Below, one piece after another: positions 21,382 through 36,382 of a stretch of 64,000 nt of DNA (within the stretch, counting starts at the first letter, position 1; each line of letters opens with the position of its first letter). The translations under genes and the position numbers were made by a program. Source of the DNA: an uncultured Pseudomonadota bacterium (GTDB lineage Bacteria; Myxococcota_A; Polyangia; Fen-1088). Under the pieces are notes generated by a model. The model had not been told where the DNA came from, ran no database searches, and worked only from the letters and a program-made list of their open reading frames with translations. The stretch lies in contig CAWKBC010000001.1 of the NCBI GenBank assembly GCA_963847705.1, positions 1-64,000 of the forward strand, given 5' to 3'.

Positions 21382-22010
21382 GCGTTCTCTTCCCGGAAGG
21401 TGCTTCCGCCGGCGACGTGGTGGTCTTCTGGATCCTGGCCGCGATGGTGGCGTTCTTTGCGGTCTTCACCATCACCCGCAAGAACCCGGTCACGGCGGTC
21501 ATGTCGCTGGTGGCCACCTTCTTCGGGCTGGCCGCGATGTACGCCACGCTGTCGGCGCACTTCCTGGCGGTTTTGCAGGTGCTGGTCTACGCCGGCGCCA
21601 TCACGGTGCTCTTCATCTTCGTGGTCATGATCTTGAACCGCGAGGAGGTCGCGCCGCTGTCGTACCGCCCGCTGCGCCTGCTGGGCGTGGCGGCAGGCTT
21701 GTATCTGTTCTGGAAGTTCGCCGGCGTGGCCACGGTCGGAATGCCGACCCTGGTGCCGGCTACCCCCTCGGACAGCTTCGGGACGGTGGCCGCGGTGGGC
21801 GATCTGCTGTTCCGCGACTTCCTCTATCCGTTCGAGGCGATCTCGATCCTGCTGCTGGTGGCCATCGTGGGCGGCGTGGTGATCTCGCGGTCGCACCAGA
21901 AAGAGGTCGCCGCCAACGTCGCCGCCGCCTACCGCAAGCAGGTCCACGAGCTGTCGAGCCACGACTACCCGGGCGCTCCTGACGAACCGGCGCCGGAAGG
22001 GCACCACTAG
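21378..22010 (+). CDS. nuoJ: NADH-quinone oxidoreductase subunit J
   Basis: QVLVYAGAI.VLFIFVVM, YPFEAISILLL. Confidence 0.95.
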   Translation: MSVLFPEGASAGDVVVFWILAAMVAFFAVFTITRKNPVTAVMSLVATFFGLAAMYATLSAHFLAVLQVLVYAGAITVLFIFVVMILNREEVAPLSYRPLRLLGVAAGLYLFWKFAGVATVGMPTLVPATPSDSFGTVAAVGDLLFRDFLYPFEAISILLLVAIVGGVVISRSHQKEVAANVAAAYRKQVHELSSHDYPGAPDEPAPEGHH

Positions 22011-22017
22011 GTCCGCC

Positions 22018-22317
22018 ATGCCCACGATTTACTATCTGATCCTCTCGTTCCTGCTGTTTCTGATCGGAACCACCGGCGTGCTCTTGCGCCGGAACGCGCT
22101 CATCGTCCTCATGGCGATCGAGCTGCAGCTCAACGGCGGCAACCTGGCATTGATCGCCTTCTCGCGTCAGCTCGGCGATCTCAAGGGGCACGTGTTCGCC
22201 TTCCTGATCATCGCGCTGGCGGCGGCGGAAGCGGCGGTGGGCCTGGCGATCCTGGTCGGACTCTTCCGCGGGCGGCAGACCGTCAACCTCGACGAAATCA
22301 CCCTGATGAAGCGCTGA
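22018..22317 (+). CDS. nuoK: NADH-quinone oxidoreductase subunit K
   Basis: RRNALIVLMAIEL, AAAEAAVGLA. Confidence 0.96.
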   Translation: MPTIYYLILSFLLFLIGTTGVLLRRNALIVLMAIELQLNGGNLALIAFSRQLGDLKGHVFAFLIIALAAAEAAVGLAILVGLFRGRQTVNLDEITLMKR

Positions 22318-22330
22318 GGGAGACACGACC

Positions 22331-24564
<2,234 letters not shown>

Positions 24565-24565
<1 letters not shown>

Positions 24566-26202
24566 TGGGCGTCCTCGGCTGGGTCACGCTGCTCCCGCTC
24601 TTCGGCGCCATCCTGGTCATGCTGGTGCCGCGCGAAGAGGAATCGATCCATCGCGGCCTCGGCCTTCTGACCACGCTGGTCACCTTCGCGGTCTCGCTGA
24701 CGATCCTCACCGGCTTCGACTCCGGCCAGGCCGGGTTCCAGATGGAGGTCGATCGGGTGTGGATCGCGCCGCTGGGGATTCACTTCCACCTCGGCGTCGA
24801 CGGGATCTCTCTCTGGCTGGTGATGCTGACGACCTTCATGGTGCCGCTGACCCTGCTGTCACCGCAGGCCATCGGCATCCGGAACATTCGCGTCCGCGAG
24901 TTCACCGCCGCCATGCTGATCCTGGAGACCGGCATGATCGGGGCCTTCGTCGCCCTCGACCTCTTCGTCTTCTACGTCTTCTGGGAGCTGATGCTGATCC
25001 CGATGTACTTCATCATCGGGATCTGGGGCGGGGAGCGACGGCTCTACGCCTCGATCAAGTTCGTCATCTACACGCTGGTCGGGTCGCTCCTCATGCTGGT
25101 GGCGATCCTCTACCTCTACGCCCAGTGGCACGCGACGACCGGCGTCGGCAGCTTCGACTACACGCAGCTGTCGCACCTGACGCTGCCGGAGGGGCCGCAG
25201 CTCCTCTGCTTCGCCGCCTTCGCGCTGGCCTTCGCCATCAAGGTGCCGATCTTCCCGCTCCACACCTGGTTGCCCGACGCGCACGTCGAGGCGCCGACGG
25301 GCGGCTCGGTGATCCTGGCCGCCGTGCTGCTGAAGTTCGGGGCCTACGGCTTCCTGCGCTTCGCGCTCCCCCTGTTCCCGCTGGCCGCCGCCGATGCGGC
25401 GCCGCTGATCGCCATCCTGGCGGTCATCGGGATCGTCTACGGCGCGCTGATGGCCTACGTGCAGGACGACGCCAAGAAGCTGGTCGCCTACTCCTCGGTG
25501 TCGCACCTCGGCTTCGTGGTGCTGGGGATCCTCACGCTGAACCCCACCGGCATCCAGGGCGCCATCTACCAGATGCTGGCGCACGGGATCTCCACGGGCG
25601 GCCTCTTCTTCGCGGTCGGCCTCCTCTACGACCGCCGCCACACCCGCCGTCTCGCCGACTTCGGGGGCCTCTGGGCCAAGACGCCGGTGTTCGCGGCGCT
25701 GTTCCTGGCGATCATCCTGGCGTCGGTCGGGCTCCCCGGCCTCTGCGGCTTCGTCGGTGAGTTCCTGGTGCTGATCGGCACCTTCACCGCCGGGAAGTCC
25801 TGGGCGGGGTCGGTGCTGTTCGGATACTTCCCGGCGCCCAAGCTGATGGGCGCCATCTCCGCCACCGCCGTCATCCTCTCGGCGATGTACCTGCTCACCA
25901 TGTACCAGAAGCTGATGTTCGGTCCGCTCGACAAGCCGGAGAACAAGGCCGTCAAGGACGTCCACGGCCGCGAGACCTGGGTCTTCGCCATCGTGGTCGC
26001 CGCCGCGCTGGTGATGGGCCTGGCCCCCCAGCCGATCCTGACGCGGTCGGCGAAGTCGGTCGACGCCTTCGTGGCCAACTACCGCGATCGGCTGACCGAC
26101 TCGCGGCGCAGTCCAGACGCGCCTGCGCACGTCTACCCGGCGCTCGCCGCCGCGGCGCCTGCCGCCGCTCCTGCACCCGCACCCGAGGGGGTGGCGCCAT
26201 GA
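24565..26202 (+). CDS. nuoM: NADH-quinone oxidoreductase subunit M
   Basis: FYVFWE, KVPIFPLHTWLPDAHVEAP, AYSSVSHLG, FVGEF. Confidence 0.97.
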
Positions 26203-27671
26203 CCTTCGACGTCGCCCAGCTGTTCGCCTATTCGCCGATGCTGATCCTGATCGGCATGGGGTGCGTGATCCTCCTGGCCGAGACCTTCATCCAGGGCAAG
26301 GCGCGCTCGGGGCTGGCCTGGCTGGGCGTTGCCGGCTGCGTGGCCGCGCTGGTGGCGATCGTCGCCGCCTGGGCCGACGCCGCCACGCCGACCTCGCACT
26401 TCGACGGGATGCTGACCGTCGACCGGATGGCGCTCTACCTCGACGCCGCCTTCGTCATTGCGGCGTTGCTGACACTGCTGTTCGCTCCCCCTTACCTGCG
26501 CGAGCAGGGGTTCGAGTTCGGCGAGTTCTACGCGCTGGTGCTGTTCGCCACCGCCGGCATGGTGATGGTCGTGCACGCGACCAGCCTGGTGTCGCTGCTC
26601 ATCGGCATCGAGACGATGTCGCTGGCCGCCTACGTCCTGACCGGCTGCGCGCGCCGCAGCCTGCGCAGCGCCGAGGGGGCGATGAAGTACTTCCTCATGG
26701 GCGCCTTCGCCACCGGCTTCCTGGTCTACGGCATCGCGCTGGTCTACGGCGCCACCGGCGGCGAGTTCACCTACTCCGCCATCGCCGCCAAGACGACCGA
26801 GGCCAGCAAGACGCCGATCTTCTACCTCGGCGAGTACTTCATCCTGATCGCCCTGGTGTTCAAGGTCGCCGCCGTCCCCTTCCACATGTGGGCGCCGGAC
26901 GCCTACGAAGGGGCGCCGACGCCGGTCACCGGCTTCATGGCGGCCGGCGTGAAGGCGGCCGCCTTCGGCGCGCTCATCCGCCTCCTCGGCACCGCCTTCT
27001 CGAGCCCGCTGATGGTCTTCGACTTCACCGGCTGGGCCTCGGCGCTGTCGGTGCTGGCGGCGCTGACCATGACGCTGGGGAACCTGGCGGCCATCCGGCA
27101 GGACAACATCAAGCGGATGCTGGCCTACTCGTCGATCGCGCACGCCGGCTACCTGCTCATTGGCGTGGTCGCCTCCGGGCTGGGCGTCGCCGACGCCAAG
27201 CCGGCCGTGCTCTTCTACCTTTTGGCCTACACCTTCACGACGCTGGGCGCGTTCGGCGTGGTGGCCTGGATCGGCAACCGCAACGACGAGCGTCTCTACG
27301 TCGACGACTGGGCGGGGATCGGTGCCGCGCGCCCGGCCGTGGCGCTGGCGATGACCCTCTTCATGCTGTCCTTCGGCGGCATCCCGCCGGCCGGCGGCTT
27401 CTTCGCCAAGTTCTATCTCTTCCGCGCGGCGATGCAGGCGCCCCAGCTCTACTGGCTGGTCGTGGTGGGCGTCCTCAACAGCCTGGTGAGCGTCTACTAC
27501 TACCTGCGCATCGTCGTGGCGATGTACTTCCGCGACGCCGCCCGCCCGTTCTCCCCCACCGACGGCGTCTCGATGCGTGCCGGCCTCCTCGTGGCTGCGC
27601 TGGCGGTCCTCCTGCTGGGCATCTTCCCGAGCAGCTTCGTCGACTGGGCCGGCTCGCTCGGCCTCAAGTAG
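26199..27671 (+). CDS. nuoN: NADH-quinone oxidoreductase subunit N
   Basis: EGAMKYF, FKVAAVPFHMWAPDAYEGAP, KRMLAYSSIAHAG, GFFAKF. Confidence 0.97.
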   Translation: MTFDVAQLFAYSPMLILIGMGCVILLAETFIQGKARSGLAWLGVAGCVAALVAIVAAWADAATPTSHFDGMLTVDRMALYLDAAFVIAALLTLLFAPPYLREQGFEFGEFYALVLFATAGMVMVVHATSLVSLLIGIETMSLAAYVLTGCARRSLRSAEGAMKYFLMGAFATGFLVYGIALVYGATGGEFTYSAIAAKTTEASKTPIFYLGEYFILIALVFKVAAVPFHMWAPDAYEGAPTPVTGFMAAGVKAAAFGALIRLLGTAFSSPLMVFDFTGWASALSVLAALTMTLGNLAAIRQDNIKRMLAYSSIAHAGYLLIGVVASGLGVADAKPAVLFYLLAYTFTTLGAFGVVAWIGNRNDERLYVDDWAGIGAARPAVALAMTLFMLSFGGIPPAGGFFAKFYLFRAAMQAPQLYWLVVVGVLNSLVSVYYYLRIVVAMYFRDAARPFSPTDGVSMRAGLLVAALAVLLLGIFPSSFVDWAGSLGLK

Positions 27672-28296
27672 TTCGACGAGCCGACGCTCCTCCCGCCATT
27701 TGAGAGGCGCGTCGAAAGGACGCTACAGCCGCCTCCGGAGCAAACGAGGCGCCCCAGATGGCGCGTCCCTGATGGTGGAAGAAGTGCTCGACGTTGTGGC
27801 GGAATTGGAACTGGGTGGTCGAGGCCGGGCTGGCGCGAAGCGCGCGTCCCCAGATTGAAGCCACCTTGGTCACCGGCACCGATTGGCGCCGAAACACCTC
27901 GGCGACGTCGCGTATGTCCGCGTCGAGGTTGCGCGTCAGCTTGCCGATCGACCAGTTGGCAGGATGGAGCAGCCGGACTTCCAGCAGGCCAAACTGGCGG
28001 TACAGACGAGAGCTGCGCTTGTAATCGAGCAGCGTGATCATCCCCCAGCGGTCGATATCCTCGGCGATGTTCACGGGAATTCCGGTGAGCCGCGTGGTTC
28101 TCTCGACAGCCCGTTCGATCAATTCCCAGTCCGCCTTCGCGCCCCGTTTCAATTCCAGCCCGAGATCGACGTCGAGGCTGGGACGGACGCGTCCCCACAG
28201 CGCCGCCGCCGCCGCGCCAGTGAGATAGGCGCGAGCGGGTATCCCGACTTCGGCGGCGAGGACTTTCAAGAACCGATCGATCTGTCCGGGGGTCAC
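27664..28296 (-). CDS. Pol-beta superfamily nucleotidyltransferase (AbiEii/DUF6036-like), putative toxin
   Basis: LTGAAAAALWGRVRPSLDVD (G-x-A...R-x-S/T-x-D-x-D) and GKLTR...DIRD; GTGA coupling to the upstream XRE gene. Confidence 0.75.
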   Translation of the reverse strand: MTPGQIDRFLKVLAAEVGIPARAYLTGAAAAALWGRVRPSLDVDLGLELKRGAKADWELIERAVERTTRLTGIPVNIAEDIDRWGMITLLDYKRSSRLYRQFGLLEVRLLHPANWSIGKLTRNLDADIRDVAEVFRRQSVPVTKVASIWGRALRASPASTTQFQFRHNVEHFFHHQGRAIWGASFAPEAAVASFRRASQMAGGASARRTT

Positions 28297-28781
28297 CTTC
28301 GATCGGCCTTCTCGACGACGCGACTGACCAGGCTCGCCAGCGCCGCCGGGTCCTCGGAGGTCCGCAACAGAAAGTAGCTCCGGCCCCGCTCACGTTCGGA
28401 ACGTCGCTCACGGGATTGGCCGCGGGCTCCCGAGGCGGCAATCTGTGCCGACAGAGCCGTCGAGAGCCGCCGCGACAGGATCGACTCACGGGGATTGGCT
28501 AGGCCTTCCCCGTTCACCGCCGCTTGTGCGATCCGTTCCATCTCGGCGCGGGTCAGTGGAGGGGCACCACCTTCGGGCATCTCGCCGTCGACGAGCGCAC
28601 CAGGGCGGACGTCGAGGGCCAGAGCCAAAGCCCGGAGGGTCCGCAGCGTCACCTCACGATCCCCGCGTTCGATGGCGGAGAGATTCGGCCGCGGTACGCC
28701 GGCGGTGTGCGCCAACTGGGCCTGCGTCATGCCACGCGCCAGTCGCCAGGCCAACACGGTTTCGCCGAAGGGCGCCGCCAT
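28293..28781 (-). CDS. XRE-family HTH regulator, putative antitoxin
   Basis: RLARGMTQAQLAHTAGVPRPNLSAIERG HTH plus a helical C-terminal domain. Confidence 0.85.
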   Translation of the reverse strand: MAAPFGETVLAWRLARGMTQAQLAHTAGVPRPNLSAIERGDREVTLRTLRALALALDVRPGALVDGEMPEGGAPPLTRAEMERIAQAAVNGEGLANPRESILSRRLSTALSAQIAASGARGQSRERRSERERGRSYFLLRTSEDPAALASLVSRVVEKADRR

Positions 28782-28787
28782 GCAACG

Positions 28788-28815
28788 AATGTAGCAAATA
28801 TACTACTTATCGCAA
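28788..28815 (-). promoter_or_regulatory. Leaderless sigma70 promoter overlapping a palindromic operator
   Basis: TTGCGA-N16-TACATT (extended TG), 6 nt before ATG; imperfect palindrome GTAGCAAATATACTAC at 28791-28806. Confidence 0.7.
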
Positions 28816-28847
28816 GTGTCGGGGAGTCGCCGCTTCCCGGTCGGACG

Positions 28848-29687
28848 TCAGCGGCGTCGGACGCCCAAGACGTTGGGGATAGGCACCTGCGCCCGCAGCC
28901 CGTCAGTTTCCAGGGCCCCGGTCTCGAAGCTGCCGTTCAGATCGAGGTCGACGCCGCCGGCGTGAATCGACAGGCTGGCCGGGGGACCGCCGTCCATGTG
29001 CATCGCCGCGTCGATCCCCAGCGGCAGAGCGAGCAAGAGGTCGTTGAGCTCCTTCATCGTGTAGGGGTATCGGCTGAAGATGAAGAGCAGGCGCCCCTGC
29101 CGGTCGACGGCGACGGCGGCCTCGCTCCAGCGGCGCTCTTGCTGCTCCCAGACGCTCTGACCCGCCTTGATCAGGCGGAGGTTCTGGATGACGGTGCCGT
29201 AGTCCGCGAGGCGTGACTTGGCGTCCGGAGCGTCGAGATCGGCCATCACCAGCGCCGGCAGGCCTTTCTTGAGCGGGCCGAAGCCGAGCGCCGCCTTGTA
29301 CTTGGCTGCCCAGTGCCGATTGTTCACGTAGCGGGGGCTGCGCGCGTAACCGGTGTTCGTTCGCCGATCTGTCTGGAACATCCCCATGTTGATGGCGACC
29401 GCCAGGCGCCCTTCACGGCACCATTGCGCGGCCGTGCGGGGCCGGCCGTCTCCGGAGGCCGTCATGACGGCCTCCAACGACCGGAGCTTGGGATCGACGC
29501 GGACCAGGTGAATGTGGTCGTCGATCGCCAACGGCAGCGGCCGGGGACCGGGCGCCTCGGTGGTCGCGTACGCGATCCCTGGCTCGAGCGCCTTCCATTT
29601 GAGATCCGTCGCGGCTTCCGGAGCCGAGCTGAACGCCAGGACGCCCAGCAGGCTCGGGAGTCCGAGGAGGGCGCTTCGAACGCGCAT
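28848..29687 (-). CDS. Phosphodiester glycosidase family (NAGPA/DUF2233-like) exported protein
   Basis: Signal peptide; AINMGMF; AAVAVDRQG; AMHMDGG; VPIPNV. Confidence 0.75.
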   Translation of the reverse strand: MRVRSALLGLPSLLGVLAFSSAPEAATDLKWKALEPGIAYATTEAPGPRPLPLAIDDHIHLVRVDPKLRSLEAVMTASGDGRPRTAAQWCREGRLAVAINMGMFQTDRRTNTGYARSPRYVNNRHWAAKYKAALGFGPLKKGLPALVMADLDAPDAKSRLADYGTVIQNLRLIKAGQSVWEQQERRWSEAAVAVDRQGRLLFIFSRYPYTMKELNDLLLALPLGIDAAMHMDGGPPASLSIHAGGVDLDLNGSFETGALETDGLRAQVPIPNVLGVRRR

Positions 29688-29718
29688 GGCGGCCAAGTGT
29701 AACGCCCCTGCGGCACGC

Positions 29719-29759
29719 AAAAAAAAAACCGGCGTCTCGCGCGAGGCGAGACGCCGGTT
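29719..29759 (-). terminator. Intrinsic terminator of the lipoprotein gene 29797..30822
   Basis: Long GC stem CCGGCGTCTCGC/GCGAGACGCCGG followed by T10 on the minus strand. Confidence 0.9.
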
Positions 29760-29796
29760 GATGAACAGCCGCCGGCCAGACGCCAGCTCTATGCGC

Positions 29797-30822
29797 TTAC
29801 GAGACGGAGAAGCTGTCGATGTGAACAACCGCTGTGGTCGGCGCCGCCGGCTGACCCGCGTCGCCCGTGGCACCGCCGCCGGTCTGAATCATGACGCCGA
29901 AGTTGAGGATCTTCGACACGTCCAGGGTCGTGCAGTGGCTGCTCGACGGGACGAGGCTCACCGTGTACTCGGCCCAGCCGTTGCCCGCGACGGCGTTCTG
30001 GTAGGTCCCGCAGTAGTTGTACGCCGCGGTGCCGCCATCGGTCGTCGGTGCGCCGTAGCTGGTGACGTACGGCTGAATTCCCGGCGGAAAGCTGGCGCTG
30101 GGATTGAGGCCCGAGTCGATCTTCACGCGGACGTGCAGGGTGGTCTTGCCGGTCCAGTCCTGCAGGTTCGTGTTGGCGTATCCCTTCTGAAGGTTGAAGT
30201 ACTCGTTGTAGGCATTGAAGGGCGCATCGACCACGAGAGAGCCGGCCGTCGGGTCGCCAGTCGTGCCGTCCCAGGCGAGGGTTGCAGCCGGAGTGGCGTC
30301 CGTGGCGAGGGCCAGGTTGCCGGCGTTGTTGGTCTTGTCGAGGACGAATCCCTCGAGAGCGGCCGTGCTGCCGGCGTCCGTCGGATCGAACGTCGCGAGC
30401 GCAGTTCCCACGATCGCGCCGCCGACGCCGCCATTGCCAGCGCCGCCAGCCGTGCCGGCGCCACCGCCCGCCGCGCCGCCCGCTGCCGGAGCGCCCGCCG
30501 CGCCACCAGCGCCGCCGGTCGCGTTGCCGCCGACGCCGCCCGCGCTGCTGCCGGCCGTGCCGCCGGTCGGGCTGGAGCCAGCCGCGCCAGCCGTGCCGCC
30601 GGTACCAGTTGTGCCGCCCGTGTGGGTCCCGCCTGTGCCGGTGGTGCCGCCCGTGTGGGTGCCGCCGGTGCCGGTGGTGCCGCCCGTGTGGGCGCCGCCT
30701 GTGCCGGTGGTGCCGCCCGTGCCGCTGCCGCCGTCGCTGCCGCCGCAGTTGACGTTCAACATGAGGCCCGCCACACCGGCGAGGCCCGCCGCCATCAGGA
30801 ACCGAGATCCAAAGATTTTCAT
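29797..30822 (-). CDS. Lipoprotein with a Gly/Thr linker and a beta-sandwich (possibly carbohydrate-binding) domain
   Basis: MKIFGSRF...LNVNC lipobox-like site; SD GGGAGA; Gly-rich linker; C-terminus ...KILNFGVMI...VHIDSFSVS. Confidence 0.75.
   Translation of the reverse strand: MKIFGSRFLMAAGLAGVAGLMLNVNCGGSDGGSGTGGTTGTGGAHTGGTTGTGGTHTGGTTGTGGTHTGGTTGTGGTAGAAGSSPTGGTAGSSAGGVGGNATGGAGGAAGAPAAGGAAGGGAGTAGGAGNGGVGGAIVGTALATFDPTDAGSTAALEGFVLDKTNNAGNLALATDATPAATLAWDGTTGDPTAGSLVVDAPFNAYNEYFNLQKGYANTNLQDWTGKTTLHVRVKIDSGLNPSASFPPGIQPYVTSYGAPTTDGGTAAYNYCGTYQNAVAGNGWAEYTVSLVPSSSHCTTLDVSKILNFGVMIQTGGGATGDAGQPAAPTTAVVHIDSFSVS
30593..30724 (-). repeat. Coding tandem repeat, 33-bp unit (TGGTTGTGGxH), about 4 copies
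   Basis: Visible in both DNA and translation. Confidence 0.85.
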
Positions 30823-31081
30823 TTTCTGTTCTCCCAAATAAGTGACGCCACCAGCCCGTCCTGGGGGCGGTGCGCAAAGTAACACAACTTTGACATCGTA
30901 GAATTGAGGTTCAGTGATATCGGGAAACGGAAGCTCGACCGTAAACCCGCGGCATCTCGCGGCAAAACGGCCATCCTGGATCCTCGGTGGCGCGTCTCCA
31001 CGCCGAGAGCGTCAAGGCGGCCGGACGAACTGCCGAGAGGCAGAAGGGGATCCGCGGGTGTGCGCCTGCGCTCCTCCGAGG

Positions 31082-31525
31082 ATGATGCCGACCGACGGAA
31101 ATTCGACTGGCCTGCACGCGTCAGCGCAGGCGCGCGTCCTCATCGTGGAGGACAACGCGCTCAACCGGCTGCTGTTGCACGATCTCCTCGAGCTGCGCGG
31201 TCACGAGGTGGTGGAGGCGGCGACGGTCGACGAGGCCCGGCGCGCCCTCGACGCCGGCCAGCTCGATCTCCTGTTGTTGGACGTTCAGATTCCGGGCGGC
31301 GGCGCCGAGGCCGTGATTCGACACGCCCGGGCGCGCGCCGAGTTCGCCGAGGTCCCCATCGTCGCCGTGACGTCACTGGCGATGCCCGGCGATCGGGAGC
31401 GGCTCTTGGGGAGCGGGTTCCAGGGCTACCTCTCGAAGCCGATCGACACGCGCACCTTCGGCGCCACCGTCGAGTCATTCCTTTTCAAACCGGAGGGAGC
31501 CAGGCGTGTCCGTCACGTTGGTTGA
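31082..31525 (+). CDS. Single-domain response regulator (DivK-like)
   Basis: IVEDN, LLDVQIP, AVT, SKP; start approximate. Confidence 0.88.
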   Translation: MMPTDGNSTGLHASAQARVLIVEDNALNRLLLHDLLELRGHEVVEAATVDEARRALDAGQLDLLLLDVQIPGGGAEAVIRHARARAEFAEVPIVAVTSLAMPGDRERLLGSGFQGYLSKPIDTRTFGATVESFLFKPEGARRVRHVG

Positions 31526-32731
31526 GGGGAGAGCGCCCACCATCCTGGTGGTCGACGACAACCTGCAGAACCGCGAGGTCGCCGAGGGGAATCTGATCGG
31601 CGCCGGGTACGCGGTCATTCAGGCCGAAGGGGGGGCCGAAGGGCTGGCGCTGCTCGCCGAGCGGCGGCCCGACCTGGTTCTGCTCGACGTGCTCATGCCC
31701 GGGATGGACGGCTACGAGACCTGCCGGCGGATCCGCGCGCTTCCCCAGGGGGGCGACGTGCCGGTGCTCTTTCTGACCGCGCTCGGCGATCTCGAGACCC
31801 ACAAGGCGGCGCTCGAATCGGGCGCCGACGATTTTCTGACGAAGCCCCTCAACCGCACCGAGCTCCTCATCCGCGTGCGGTCCCTGCTCCGGATCAAGCG
31901 CCTCTCCGACGAGCTGCGCGGCAACGTTCAGGTGATCCGGACGCAGCGAGACGCGCTCCTGGCGGCGCAGCGGCAGAAGGACGAGCTGACGGCGCTGATC
32001 GTCCACGATCTCAAGAACCCACTGTCGAGCATCCTCTCCAACGTTCAGTACGTGCAGAGCCGGGCGGCGCTGCCGGTCGACGAGCGCGAGTCGCTGGAGG
32101 ATGTGTTGCGGGCGTCGCAGTCGATGGTCCGGCTGGTGATGAACCTGCTCGACGTGAGCCGGAGCGACGACGGCGCGCTCATCCCGCAGATCTCCGCGTT
32201 CCAGCTGCCGGAGCTGCTGGGGGAGATCTGCTCCGAGATGGGGCGCCGGATCGAGGACAAGGGGCAACGCCTGGAGCTCTCGCTCGGGCCGGGGGTGGGC
32301 CTCCTGCGCGGTGATCGCGATCTGGTGCGGCGGATCGTGGAAAACCTGATCGACAACGCCTACAAATACGGCCCCAAACGGGCAACGATCTCCGTCGAGG
32401 TGCTGCTGGCGACGATGGACGCCGGCGCCGAGCCGGCGGTCGAGATCAGGGTGCGCGACGAGGGGGCGGGGATCCCCGAGGCCTACCGCCAGATCGTGTT
32501 CGAGAAGTACGGGCGGGCCGGCGGCTCCGGGCTGCACGAGGGGCGCTCCAGCCACGGCCTCGGGTTGGTGTTCTGCCGGCGGGCGGTGAATGTGCACGGC
32601 GGCGCCATCTGGATCGACGCGCAGGCCACGCAGGGCAGCTGCTTCTGCGTTCGCCTTCCGGTCGCGCGGCTGCCGCTCAGCGCCTCGGCCGCGCCCCCGG
32701 CGCTCGCCGAACGAAGCGGGCTCGCCTCCCG

Positions 32732-32735
<4 letters not shown>
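31506..32735 (+). CDS. Hybrid receiver-histidine kinase
   Basis: VVDD...LDVLMPG...TKP receiver; HDLKNPL H-box; NLIDNAYKY, DEGAGI, GLGL. Confidence 0.93.
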
Positions 32736-35164
<2,429 letters not shown>

Positions 35165-35269
35165 ATGGGACAGCCGCCTCGGCGCCAGACAGGCCGAGGA
35201 ATGACAGGCAGGTCAGCCCCGCTCGAAAAGGCGGCCAAGTCTGTGTCGCCTTGATATATGGATTAGACC

Positions 35270-36229
35270 ATGGATGCTCTTACCCTCGATCAGATCAGGG
35301 TTTTTGTGTCGATCGTTGACGAGGGCAGCTTCCCGAAAGCGGCAAGATCGCTGCGACGGGCTCAGTCGGCAGTTACCTACGCCATCCGAAAACTGGAGGC
35401 TGAAGTCGGCGTCCCGCTGTTCGATCGTTCGGCCTACCGCTCGGTGCTCACGCCGGCCGGCCGCGCGCTGCTGACCCGAGCGCGTCGCATTGCTGAAGAA
35501 GCGGGAGCGTTCCGCGAACAGGCACGCGGCCTCGCCAGCGGTCTGGAAGCCGAGTTGAGCATCGTGCTGGACGCGCTTTATCCGATGCCTCAGATATTTG
35601 AAGCGCTTCGGGCTTTCACCGAACAGTTCCCGACGGTCCCGCCGCGCCTGTATGTCGCGTCACTGGGCGCCGCCGCGAACCTGGTGACCGACGGGACATG
35701 CGCGATCGGACTGCTGCCGAGCAACATCGCTGAGCTCGCCGCGCTCAAACTCACTCCGACCACCACCTTTCATCTTTGCCCGGTGGTCTCTCCGTCCCAT
35801 CCCCTCGCGTCCATACAGGGCATCATCGAGCTCCACGTGCTCCGCCAACATGTTCAACTTGTCTTGACGGACGCGTCAACGTTGACGGCTGCCAAGGATT
35901 GGGGCGTGCTCTCCAGTCGAACCTGGCGCCTGGCCGATCTCGGTGCCAAAAAAGCGATGCTGCTCGCGGGGCTCGGCTGGGGAAATATGCCGGCCCACTT
36001 GGTAGAGGACGAAATCAAAGACGGGAGGTTGACCGTCATTCAGCCGGCCGGCTTCGACGCGCTCACACCGCTGGTGCTTGGCGCTGCCTACATTTCGGAG
36101 CACAGCCTCGGACCTGCTGGTCGGTGGATGCTGGCTCACTTGACCTCCGTAACGAGCGCGGCCCGCGCCAGCGTATCGACGTCTGATCCCGCCGCGCCGA
36201 AAGTGATCCAGTCGCCGCTGCGAAGGTGA
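35270..36229 (+). CDS. LysR-family transcriptional regulator
   Basis: GSFPKAARSL.RAQSAVTYAIRKLE...LFDRS; GLGWGNMP. Confidence 0.94.
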   Translation: MDALTLDQIRVFVSIVDEGSFPKAARSLRRAQSAVTYAIRKLEAEVGVPLFDRSAYRSVLTPAGRALLTRARRIAEEAGAFREQARGLASGLEAELSIVLDALYPMPQIFEALRAFTEQFPTVPPRLYVASLGAAANLVTDGTCAIGLLPSNIAELAALKLTPTTTFHLCPVVSPSHPLASIQGIIELHVLRQHVQLVLTDASTLTAAKDWGVLSSRTWRLADLGAKKAMLLAGLGWGNMPAHLVEDEIKDGRLTVIQPAGFDALTPLVLGAAYISEHSLGPAGRWMLAHLTSVTSAARASVSTSDPAAPKVIQSPLRR

Positions 36230-36382
36230 TCCACCCCGCGACCAGGGATCTTGCGGTACCGGTACACGCCCACGCCGATCGCGCACATCATCTAATTTGT
36301 GGACCAAGAAGGTCTAAACTTAATTAGGTGTTTGGGGGCCGCGGTACCCTCATCTTTCGTACAACCCAAGGAGGTGTACGAG

